DNA of 24,910 bases, from assembly GCA_037380845.1 (NCBI GenBank), contig JARRRI010000065.1:1-24910 (forward strand), read 5' to 3'. Positions 1 to 7,532 of the stretch are shown in pieces. The number at the start of each line of letters is the position of its first letter. Position 1 is the first letter of the stretch. The DNA is from Candidatus Sulfobium sp. GTDB taxonomy: Bacteria; Nitrospirota; Thermodesulfovibrionia; Thermodesulfovibrionales; UBA6898. The position numbers and the translations under genes were made by a program. The notes below the pieces were generated by a model that made no database searches, was not told where the DNA came from, and was given only the letters and a program-made list of their open reading frames with translations.

Positions 1-45
1 CCCCCTTCCTTTTTCACTGTATACTTTGCGTACCTCAGCTGTCCT

Positions 46-68
46 TGTCAACCCTACGGCGGTAGGGT
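46..68 (-). promoter_or_regulatory. Candidate -35 (TTGACA) with an abutting inverted repeat, a putative activator operator for a gene off the left edge
   Basis: Minus strand TTGACA at 51-46; palindrome ACCCTAC-ggcg-GTAGGGT at 51-68; purine-rich SD-like AAGGAAGGGGG at 11-1 on the minus strand. No clean -10 found. Confidence 0.4.
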
Positions 69-86
69 CGGAGAGAAATTCACGGG

Positions 87-641
87 TCAGGGGGCAGCCC
101 GATCCGGAGGGGCGGAAATAAACAGGGTTCTCATAAGCGTGACCCTGTTTGATGTGGAGGTTTTTGAATACACGCTGCTCAGATAATCTTTTACCGTCTG
201 CTCCGCGATCCCGAGTTCCAGGGCGATCTCACTGTTCCTCAGACCGTCAAGTATCCGCCTGAGCACGTCTGTCTCCCTTCTGGTCAGCCTGTATTGCCGC
301 CTGATACTGTTTAGATCAAGCTTGCTTGAAGCGGTGTCCTCGATTATAAAAACACAGACTCGGGCCTCGTTCCTGTCTATCTCGAACCTGAAGGTCCATC
401 TGCTCGGAGAGCCTTCCATGTTTTTGGATAAAATGACTTCGCCGGGAAACTTTTCCACCGGAGAAGGGTGTAGGACGTCGTCGACAATCCTGCTGCATAT
501 CGTTGTAACGTCCTCCGGCATGTCGTACCGCCGTAAAAAAAGATCGGCTTTCCTGTTGGTCATGAGGACACTCATCGTTCTGTCATAAACGATTATTCCG
601 ACAGGCGCCCTGGAAAGAGCGAACTCGAAAAGGCCTTTCAT
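87..641 (-). CDS. LuxR/CsgD-family HTH transcriptional regulator with N-terminal PAS-like region
   Basis: C-terminal LTRRETDVLRRILDGLRNSEIALELGIAEQTVKDYLSSVYSKT is a canonical LuxR HTH; N-terminal APVGIIVYD...TNRKA resembles a PAS start; no receiver domain. Confidence 0.88.
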   Translation of the reverse strand: MKGLFEFALSRAPVGIIVYDRTMSVLMTNRKADLFLRRYDMPEDVTTICSRIVDDVLHPSPVEKFPGEVILSKNMEGSPSRWTFRFEIDRNEARVCVFIIEDTASSKLDLNSIRRQYRLTRRETDVLRRILDGLRNSEIALELGIAEQTVKDYLSSVYSKTSTSNRVTLMRTLFISAPPDRAAP

Positions 642-687
642 GGCTGTGCTTTCATCTACCTCTCATTAAATATTCTAATCTGGGCTA

Positions 688-1404
688 TCAGGGCTTCCTC
701 AGCTTTAACGTCCTTAACCGCGCGATGTCTTCCTGATAGCCGTAAATATGCGCTCCAGCGCTGTAAGCATATAGTGGGCCGTCCTCCAGGTTCGCCTCAC
801 CGGCCACATAGTTTTTCAGGAGCTGGATGCCCCCGAGGTTTGTAGGAAAACCGGCCCAGAGATCCCATGACCGGAAATAACAGGTGACGGTAAGGACCAG
901 GTCACCTCTGTCCGGGACGGTCTTGAAATCGAGAAGTCTGAGGCAGGGGGGGTCCAGCTTGTGGTCGGCGCCGATGCAAACGTCGTGGTCTTCGGGAGAC
1001 CCGATCTCAACCACGGCCTGGTTTGTGAGGGGGGTGTCCCTCAGCATCTCGATCACCCGCCCAAGCTGGGTCCCTCCCCCGGGCATCGGATAATGGATCC
1101 TGCTCGCATATTTGTAAGTTTCATTCTCGGACAACTCGGGGTCCATCAGGTAATTTGCGAAGTAGTCCTCTATGTATTCAATTGTCGTCGGTGCGGGGAT
1201 TGCAGAGCCGGGCGGCATGACGGGCACGATATCTTCGCCGGGGTGCTCGATGAATACCGCAATACCCGGGTACTGCAGTCGATACTGTTCCTTCTCGAAG
1301 GAACCTTTCTGTATCTTCTGCTCGTAAGAATAGTCGAAAATATTATAGATAAGCTGAAACCATGCGTCTGATATAGTTTTTGCGTTAAGAAAGAACGGCA
1401 GCAT
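688..1404 (-). CDS. thyA: Thymidylate synthase (short, divergent ThyA-type), 238 aa
   Basis: Motifs DPPCLRLLDF (catalytic Cys), YFRSWDLWAGFPTNL and AHIY. Start moved from the ORF-track 1737 to ATG 1404, which has SD AAGGAG upstream; the longer frame overlaps the divergent cooC. Confidence 0.8.
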   Translation of the reverse strand: MLPFFLNAKTISDAWFQLIYNIFDYSYEQKIQKGSFEKEQYRLQYPGIAVFIEHPGEDIVPVMPPGSAIPAPTTIEYIEDYFANYLMDPELSENETYKYASRIHYPMPGGGTQLGRVIEMLRDTPLTNQAVVEIGSPEDHDVCIGADHKLDPPCLRLLDFKTVPDRGDLVLTVTCYFRSWDLWAGFPTNLGGIQLLKNYVAGEANLEDGPLYAYSAGAHIYGYQEDIARLRTLKLRKP

Positions 1405-1498
1405 AATCTCTCCTTTTACTGAACTGCTGTATTCTACCATTACGCCCCAAAAAAGATATAATAGAGACGGACAGGGGAAATAAAGCGGGAGGTTAGAC

Positions 1499-2163
1499 AT
1501 GGCATATGTAATTGCCCTTGCAGGGAAGGGCGGCACCGGAAAAACCAGCGTTGCTGCTCTCATGGTCAAATATCTCATGGAAAAGAGGAAGAAACCGGTA
1601 CTCGCCGTTGACGCTGACAGCAATTCCTGTCTGAATGAGGCGCTGGGCGTAGACGTACATGCAACGATAGGGCACCTGAGAGAGGAGTCCCTGCAGACGA
1701 TCAGGAGCGGGACGGACAGGCCGGGGGGCATGTCCATGGAGCAGCTCTTCGACTATCAGGTCCAGCAGTCGCTGATTGAGTCGAAGGGGTTCGACCTGAT
1801 GGTTATGGGAAGGCCGGAGGGTCCGGGGTGTTATTGTGCGGCGAACAACATAATCAGAAAATACACAGACAAACTCTCGGAGACTTACTCCTATGTCGTA
1901 ATAGACAATGAGGCCGGCATGGAGCATCTCAGCAGCTTGACATCGGAAGACACGCTCTTATAATCAACAGGGTGTCGGGAGAGGAGGGCCGGGAACTCAG
2001 CAACCTGGCGCGGGAGCTGGGCATCGAAGTTGCCGGTCTTATACCCCAGGACCGGAATATCTTTGAATACGACCTGCAGGGAAAGGCCATCGTGGACCTG
2101 CCTGCGGATTCCCCGGCAGTTGCCGCACTGTATGGGATTCTGGATACGCTTAAAATAGCATGA
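1499..2163 (+). pseudogene. cooC: CooC/AcsF-type nickel-insertion ATPase (CODH/ACS maturation), disrupted by an internal deletion and frameshift near 1933
   Basis: Deviant Walker A GKGGTGKT, AVDADSN, GRPEGPGCYC (CxC Ni site), DNEAGMEHLS. Frame 1 stops at 1963; the family C-terminus (QLDIGRHALIINRV...GLIPQD...DLQGKAIVDLPADSPA) continues in another frame from 1933 to 2163. Confidence 0.8.
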
Positions 2164-2174
2164 TGCCGGCTGTG

Positions 2175-3368
2175 CTAGGTCCTGTATTCGGCGTTGATCT
2201 TTACATATTCTTCCGTAAAGTCGCAGGTGAGGACTTCGGCCGACGACTTCCCGGAGTGCATGTCGATGGTGATCCTGACCTCTTTTGATCTCAGGACTTC
2301 GGTCGCCTCGTCGTCCCTGCCGTTCGACAAACCGGCCTTTACCACCTTGACGTTGTTGAACGATATGTCGGTCTTTTTCTCGCTGAACCTGATTCCCGAA
2401 TATCCGAGAGCGGCCATGATCCGGCCCCAGTTGGCGTCGTTGCCGTAGATCGCCGTCTTTACAAGATTTGAATTCGCCACGGCGAAGGCCGCCTTTTCAG
2501 CTTCTGTGACCGAGCGGGCCCCTTTGACCGAAACCTTTATCACCTTGGTCGCCCCTTCGCCGTCCCTGACAAGAAGCCATGCAAGTCCGTAAGTAATTTC
2601 ATGCAGGGCCTTTCTGAAGGGTTCGAGATATTCCGACTTTCCGGTAATGGGAACGTTGCCGGCCATTCCATTAGCCATCATGAGTACCGTATCGTTGGTC
2701 GACATATCGCCGTCTATGGTTACTCGATTGAAAGATTTCTTGACAGCCTCTCTGAGCAGCCTGTCGAGGGTTTTCCGTTCTACGGCTATATCGGTGATCA
2801 GGAAGCAGAGCAGAGTCGCCATGTCGGGTGCTACCATGCCGGATCCCTTGCATATGCCGGATATCGATCCTGCTTTTCCCGCAATCCTTATCCTTTTATG
2901 CAGGACCTTGGGGAAAGTGTCGGTAGTCATAATGGCCTCGGCAACGTCGTCAATCGATAGTTTCCCCCTGTCTCTCACCAGGGCAGGCACCGCATTATTT
3001 ATTCTCTCCATCGGAAGGCGCGTTCCTATCACTCCGGTGGAACAGATATAAACCATGGATTGCGGGATGCCAAGGTTCTTCGACACGGCGGATATGATCG
3101 CGCCGGCGTCCTTCAGCCCCTGTTTTCCAGTGCATGCATTTGCGTTGCCGCTGTTGACTATTACGGCTTTCCCCCTGCCTGACCGGATTTTCTTCATACA
3201 TAGTCTGACCGGGGCAGCCTTCACGGAGTTCGTGGTGAAGCAGCCGGCCATGACCGCGGGCTCCTCCGACACTATAAGGGCGAAATCTTTACGACCCGGT
3301 TTCTTTATGGCGGCTTCGGTTGCGGAAAAGGAAAAACCCCTGGGTAATGGCCGACTCTTCTTCATCAT
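2175..3368 (-). CDS. argJ: Glutamate N-acetyltransferase / ornithine acetyltransferase ArgJ
   Basis: Motifs NSGNANACTG, STGVIG, AIMTTDT, KGSGMVAPDMATLL (autocleavage Thr), DGDMSTND, DGEGATK, DANWGRI, YVKINAEYRT. Confidence 0.97.
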   Translation of the reverse strand: MMKKSRPLPRGFSFSATEAAIKKPGRKDFALIVSEEPAVMAGCFTTNSVKAAPVRLCMKKIRSGRGKAVIVNSGNANACTGKQGLKDAGAIISAVSKNLGIPQSMVYICSTGVIGTRLPMERINNAVPALVRDRGKLSIDDVAEAIMTTDTFPKVLHKRIRIAGKAGSISGICKGSGMVAPDMATLLCFLITDIAVERKTLDRLLREAVKKSFNRVTIDGDMSTNDTVLMMANGMAGNVPITGKSEYLEPFRKALHEITYGLAWLLVRDGEGATKVIKVSVKGARSVTEAEKAAFAVANSNLVKTAIYGNDANWGRIMAALGYSGIRFSEKKTDISFNNVKVVKAGLSNGRDDEATEVLRSKEVRITIDMHSGKSSAEVLTCDFTEEYVKINAEYRT

Positions 3369-3555
3369 GCTATAAGATAATTCTTATTAGGCAGATTTTC
3401 AATGGGAATCTCTGGAATACGCAACTTTTTTGACATATAATTTGATATATATGGTGATTGGAATGACAAGAGGGCATCTCAATGACCGCCTGAGCACCGA
3501 GAGTCTGCCTTAATGCATTTCCGTCATCATAAAAACCAATGAAAGGAGGGAAAAT

Positions 3556-3726
3556 ATGGTTCAACTGGATATTACGAAGGAGGAACAAGAGCTTCTGGTA
3601 GAGTTCCTGGAAAACTACTTTACGGAACTTCGGGGCGAGATCGGGGACACGAAAAGTGCGGACGTGAGAAAGACCCTGAAATATAAGGAAGATGTGCTGA
3701 AGAAGATACTGGGTATGCTCAGATAG
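3556..3726 (+). CDS. Small hypothetical protein, 56 aa, predicted helical hairpin (below the ORF-track cutoff)
   Basis: Strong SD AAGGAGG at 3543-3549; ATG 3556 to TAG 3726; MVQLDITKEEQELLVEFLENYFTELRGEIGDTKSADVRKTLKYKEDVLKKILGMLR has amphipathic periodicity. Confidence 0.8.
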   Translation: MVQLDITKEEQELLVEFLENYFTELRGEIGDTKSADVRKTLKYKEDVLKKILGMLR

Positions 3727-3831
3727 AAAAAGGGATATCTGAAATGACAACATTACGCCGGGGCACTTCCCGAAAGTGCGTCGGACCGGAGGCATCCTTA
3801 AATCTTTTTCTTTTGAATTTATAGCACAGGA

Positions 3832-3869
3832 ATGAAGGGGCCTTCCCTTTAAGGAGGCCCCTCCTTCAT
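3832..3869. terminator. GC-rich hairpin between the converging small ORF and argC
   Basis: ATGAAGGGGCCTTCC-ctttaa-GGAGGCCCCTCCTTCAT abuts the argC stop codon; U-tail is weak. Confidence 0.5.
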
Positions 3870-4909
3870 CAGGGGAAAAGAGCCGTATCTTCGAGGGCCT
3901 CCGTTTCGGCAAAACCCATCATGATGTTCATGTTCTGGACCGCCTGACCCGACGCCCCTTTGACCAGATTGTCGATGGCACTGACTATAACGAGAGTATT
4001 TGTCCGCTCCACCGCTTTAAAACCGATGTCGCAGTAATTTGTCCCCCGCACATTTTTTAGATTCGGCAAAGCCCCTTTTTCCAGAACACGCACGAATTTC
4101 TCTTTTCTGTATGTATTATTAAAGAATTTCACGATAGTTTCAGCGGCGGTCTTCCCGGCCAGAGGGGCATAAATAGTCGTCAGTATCCCCCGGTCGACAG
4201 GCAGGAGATGGGGCGTGAAATTGATTATGACCGGTTTGCCGGTCAACAGGGAAAGTTCCTGTTCAATTTCCGGCGTGTGCCTGTGAGTGCCTATACCGTA
4301 TGCCTTGAACCCCTCGTTCACTTCGCAGTACGAGACGGCAACATCAGCCTTTCTGCCTGCCCCGCTGGTTCCCGACTTGGAGTCGATAACAATAGAAGAC
4401 ATATCGACAAGACGGTTCCTGATCGCCGGTATAAGCCCGAGTATCGCGCTTGTCGGGTAACAGCCGGGGTTGGCTACAAGCGAGGCCCGACTGATTTTCT
4501 TTCTGTAAAGCTCGGGCAGACCGTAGACGGCCTTTTTGAGGGCTGGAGTGAAGTCATGATGCACTCCGTACCACTGTTCATAAACGACGGGGTCGTGAAG
4601 GCGGTAGTCTGCAGAGAGGTCTATGACCTTTTTACCGTTCCGAAAGAAGAAGTTTACCGCTTCCTGTGACGCACCGTGGGGCAGAGCGAGAAAGAAGATG
4701 TCGGCCTTGCGAAGGAGCTTTTCCTTGTTGAGCGGTTCGAACGTTAGATCCCCGTAGCACCGAAGGTGCGGAAATATATCGGACAATTTCTTTCCCGCGG
4801 ATTTTTGGGATGTTATGGCTGCGACCCTGACATGCCTGTGGCGTGCAAGGATGCGCAGGAGCTCGATTCCCGTATATCCACTGCCGCCGCAGATGGCTAC
4901 CCTATGCAT
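3869..4909 (-). CDS. argC: N-acetyl-gamma-glutamyl-phosphate reductase
   Basis: GGSGYTGIEL, FLALPHG, IDLSADYR, VANPGCYPT, SGTSGAGR, HRHTPEI, DNLVKGASGQAVQNMN. Confidence 0.98.
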   Translation of the reverse strand: MHRVAICGGSGYTGIELLRILARHRHVRVAAITSQKSAGKKLSDIFPHLRCYGDLTFEPLNKEKLLRKADIFFLALPHGASQEAVNFFFRNGKKVIDLSADYRLHDPVVYEQWYGVHHDFTPALKKAVYGLPELYRKKISRASLVANPGCYPTSAILGLIPAIRNRLVDMSSIVIDSKSGTSGAGRKADVAVSYCEVNEGFKAYGIGTHRHTPEIEQELSLLTGKPVIINFTPHLLPVDRGILTTIYAPLAGKTAAETIVKFFNNTYRKEKFVRVLEKGALPNLKNVRGTNYCDIGFKAVERTNTLVIVSAIDNLVKGASGQAVQNMNIMMGFAETEALEDTALFP

Positions 4910-5009
4910 AATAATATTTTCTCCCCCAGTCGGAACCAGGAGATAATCTCAGGTAGAGACGCGGTTGATTCCCCGTCGCTTTTGCGTGAGATTCATCTCC
5001 TGAGCTACT

Positions 5010-5044
5010 AAAAATAAAGGCCCGTCCTAAGAACGAGCCCTTTT
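5010..5044 (-). terminator. Rho-independent terminator of rplM-rpsI
   Basis: Minus strand GGGCTCGTTC-ttag-GACGGGCC followed by TTTATTTTT, about 30 nt after the rpsI stop. Confidence 0.75.
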
Positions 5045-5074
5045 CCCAAAAGCCAAACCCGTATCGGGCGAAAT

Positions 5075-5467
5075 TTATCTCTTTGAGAACTGGAAGCGTT
5101 TCCTGGCCCCTTTAAGACCGTATTTCTTCCTTTCCTTTTCCCTCGGGTCTCTGGTGAGAAAGCCCTCTTTCTTCAACCTGCCTCTCAGGTCCGCATCCAT
5201 TTTCGTCAGTGCCCTCGATATACCGTGCCTTATGGCCCCGGCCTGGCCGGTCGGCCCTCCGCCCTGGACCCTGACGGATATATCGTGTTTGCCGGTCGCG
5301 CCGACCAGCTCTATGGGCTGCCGTATGATCATCCGAAGTGTTTCTCTTGGGAAATAAGTATCGATAGGCTTCTTGTTCACCGTGATGGAACCCGTTCCGG
5401 GTGCCACGGTCACCTGCGCTATTGAAGTCTTTCTTCTGCCTGTGGCAGAGTATTTTATTTCAGCCAT
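5075..5467 (-). CDS. rpsI: 30S ribosomal protein S9
   Basis: [46 protein letters not shown]; follows L13. Confidence 0.99.
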   Translation of the reverse strand: MAEIKYSATGRRKTSIAQVTVAPGTGSITVNKKPIDTYFPRETLRMIIRQPIELVGATGKHDISVRVQGGGPTGQAGAIRHGISRALTKMDADLRGRLKKEGFLTRDPREKERKKYGLKGARKRFQFSKR

Positions 5468-5479
5468 TTCAACTCCTTA

Positions 5480-5905
5480 TCATGGTAAGATTTCGGGACT
5501 CTGCGCCTTGTGCGGATGTTCGGCGCCTTTATAAACTTTCAGTTTCTTGAACATGGACCTGCCCAGCCTGTTCTTGGGCAGCATGCCCCATACGGCGTTT
5601 TCTATGACCTTTTCGGGCTTCTTCTCCAGCAGTTCTTTGGCTGTGCTGGACTTGATTCCACCTATATAGCCGGAGTGATGATAGTAAACCTTGTCGGTAA
5701 ACTTCCTGCCCGTGAGTCTGACCTTATCCGCGTTCACCACTATAACGAAATCCCCCGTGTCAACGTTAGGTGTATATACCGGTTTATTCTTTCCTCTCAG
5801 GTACGTGGCTATCTTTACGGCCAGTCTGCCCAGCACCGCGTCCCTGGCATCAACAACATACCATCGGCGCTCTACGTCACCCTTCTTTGCGAACTCCGTC
5901 TTCAT
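5480..5905 (-). CDS. rplM: 50S ribosomal protein L13
   Basis: WYVVDA...[43 protein letters not shown]. Start set at ATG 5905 (MKT...), with GAGGG upstream. Confidence 0.98.
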   Translation of the reverse strand: MKTEFAKKGDVERRWYVVDARDAVLGRLAVKIATYLRGKNKPVYTPNVDTGDFVIVVNADKVRLTGRKFTDKVYYHHSGYIGGIKSSTAKELLEKKPEKVIENAVWGMLPKNRLGRSMFKKLKVYKGAEHPHKAQSPEILP

Positions 5906-5947
5906 TATTAAACCCTCTTCACCTTTCTTTGAAAAATTCAATTAGAT

Positions 5948-5977
5948 AAGATACTGTAAACAGTAAGAAATTGTCAA
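5948..5977 (-). promoter_or_regulatory. Sigma70-type promoter for rplM-rpsI
   Basis: TTGACA (5977-5972), 18-nt spacer, TATCTT (5953-5948). Confidence 0.6.
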
Positions 5978-6085
5978 TATTTGTCGGCCGGCACCGGCCT
6001 GGAAGCCATATCGGGCTTTCTTGTCGTACTTTACCCGTCTTGGGGGGATAGGGCCTGGACCATTCCTGTGCTATATTTTAAGGAA

Positions 6086-6649
6086 ATGGGCGTCAAGGTC
6101 GACATCAGCAATATGTCCGGCAAGTTCCTGATAGCTTCCCCGGGAATGGATGATCCGAATTTCAGCCAGTCGGTGGTGCTCATCTGCGAACATAACAAGG
6201 AAGGGGCGTTCGGCCTTGTGGTCAACAAGGTGCTGATGACGAGCTTTATCCCGCTTCTGGGTGCTCTCGATATCAAGGAAAGCATGGTGGATATGCCGGT
6301 TTACTACGGCGGTCCTGTAAGGCCGGAGCAGGGTTATGTAATCTATTCGTCTCATGACCCGCGTTACGGACCAATGAGGATCTCGGACGAACTTTCCGTT
6401 ACAGCGTCCCAGGAGATTTTGCGAGACCTTGCCGTCGGAAGAGGGCCAAAGAAATTTATGTTTGCCCTCGGCTTTGCGGGATGGACAGCCAATCAACTCG
6501 ATGAGGAGTTGATGATGGATTTCTGGCTTGTTGCTCCGCCTGACGACCGGATCATTTTCGATGTTCCTGTTGTCGAAAGATGGAAGAGCGCTGCCGGTCT
6601 GATCGGCATCGATCTCCGGAGGTTTTTCTTCAGGAGCGGCAATTCGTAG
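6086..6649 (+). CDS. YqgE/AlgH (UPF0301) family protein
   Basis: GKFLIASPGMDDPNFSQSVVLICEHNKEGAFGLVVNK, YYGGPV, LGFAGWTANQLDEEL. Start is ATG 6086 or 6113. Confidence 0.93.
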   Translation: MGVKVDISNMSGKFLIASPGMDDPNFSQSVVLICEHNKEGAFGLVVNKVLMTSFIPLLGALDIKESMVDMPVYYGGPVRPEQGYVIYSSHDPRYGPMRISDELSVTASQEILRDLAVGRGPKKFMFALGFAGWTANQLDEELMMDFWLVAPPDDRIIFDVPVVERWKSAAGLIGIDLRRFFFRSGNS

Positions 6650-6709
6650 CCTCCTTTCCGGACGGTGTTATAATACATCGTTTGAAGCGAAAGGAAAGGA
6701 GATTGAATA

Positions 6710-7282
6710 ATGAAAGTTGTAGCTTTTAACGGCAGTCCAAGGAGGGAAGGCAATACCTATCATTCCATCCGCATAGTTTTGAAAGAACTCGAAAAAGAAG
6801 GAATCAGGACGGAGATAGTCCAGCTGGGCGGGGCGAACATCAAAGGTTGCAGGGCCTGCTATAAGTGTTTCGAACAGAAGAACAGCCGCTGTTTTCATAA
6901 CGACGACCTGAACGGTTTCGTGGAAAAGATGATAGAAGCCGACGGTGTCATAATCGGCTCGCCGACATATTTCAGCAACGTATCCACCGAGGTCAAGGCC
7001 CTTATTGACCGGGCCGGCCTGGTCGCCCGCGCCAACGATTATCTCTTGAAGAGAAAAGTAGGCGCAGCCGTCGTAGCAGCCAGAAGGGCTGGAGGCACGC
7101 ACGTGTATTCGAGTATAAATTTCTTCTTCGGGATAGGGCAGATGATTATTGTCGGCGCCAATTACTGGAACCTGGGAATTGCCAGGAATCCGGGCGATGT
7201 GCTGAAAGATGCCGAGGGTGTGGCGACATTCGAGAATTTGGGACAGAACATGGCCTGGCTTCTGTCCAGGACCCACGGGTAA
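6710..7282 (+). CDS. Iron-sulfur flavoprotein (Isf) / NADPH-dependent FMN reductase, flavodoxin-like
   Basis: NGSPRREGNT, CxxCxxC-x6-C (CRACYKCFEQKNSRC), GSPTYF, KALIDR, RRAGG. SD AGGAG and TGnTATAAT upstream. Confidence 0.92.
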   Translation: MKVVAFNGSPRREGNTYHSIRIVLKELEKEGIRTEIVQLGGANIKGCRACYKCFEQKNSRCFHNDDLNGFVEKMIEADGVIIGSPTYFSNVSTEVKALIDRAGLVARANDYLLKRKVGAAVVAARRAGGTHVYSSINFFFGIGQMIIVGANYWNLGIARNPGDVLKDAEGVATFENLGQNMAWLLSRTHG

Positions 7283-7361
7283 AACAGCGGCATAGAGTAC
7301 AGCTCACAGGGCATGGAGTAAATAAAAAAGGCTAAAGGCTTAACAAATCTTTCTTGAGGTC

Positions 7362-7445
7362 TTCATTCCCGAAGTTCTCAATCGGGAATCCACTCTCTCC
7401 GAGCTATTACGCCAAGCTTGGATGCCCGCCTCCGCGGGTATGACG
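7362..7445. repeat. Composite dRS3/REP-like palindromic element (two hairpin units in inverted orientation)
   Basis: TCATTCCCGAAGTTCTCAATCGGGAATCCA, 26-nt spacer, TGGATGCCCGCCTCCGCGGGTATGAC; same family as 8794, 18198, 21824 and 22977. Confidence 0.8.
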
Positions 7446-7532
7446 ACTTTCGCAGGACGTGACAAGAAGTACGAAAGCGTGTATAAAAGAGAAAGCGCCT
7501 TTAATTGTCGTTGCCCTATGCCCCCTGCCAGG

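Noticed and set aside
1405..1737. 111-aa N-terminal extension of thyA in the ORF track
   Set aside because: It overlaps the divergent cooC on the opposite strand; a good SD precedes ATG 1404.
1972..2163. Separate 63-aa gene
   Set aside because: It is the out-of-frame C-terminus of cooC; the frame extends back to 1933 and has no SD.
3481..3497. ZTP (pfl) riboswitch, from the CCGCCTGAGCA resemblance to CGCCUGGGCA
   Set aside because: No upstream GACUGGCGG-type pseudoknot partner or P1, and the downstream gene is not in purine or folate metabolism.
4893..4925. ArgR (ARG) box at the argC start
   Set aside because: Only one half-site (ATGCAT) matches in an AT-rich context, which is insufficient.
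5952..5965. E. coli-type LexA (SOS) box
   Set aside because: The half-sites CTGT/ACAG are 2 nt apart, not 8; no recognisable SOS box upstream of dinB either.
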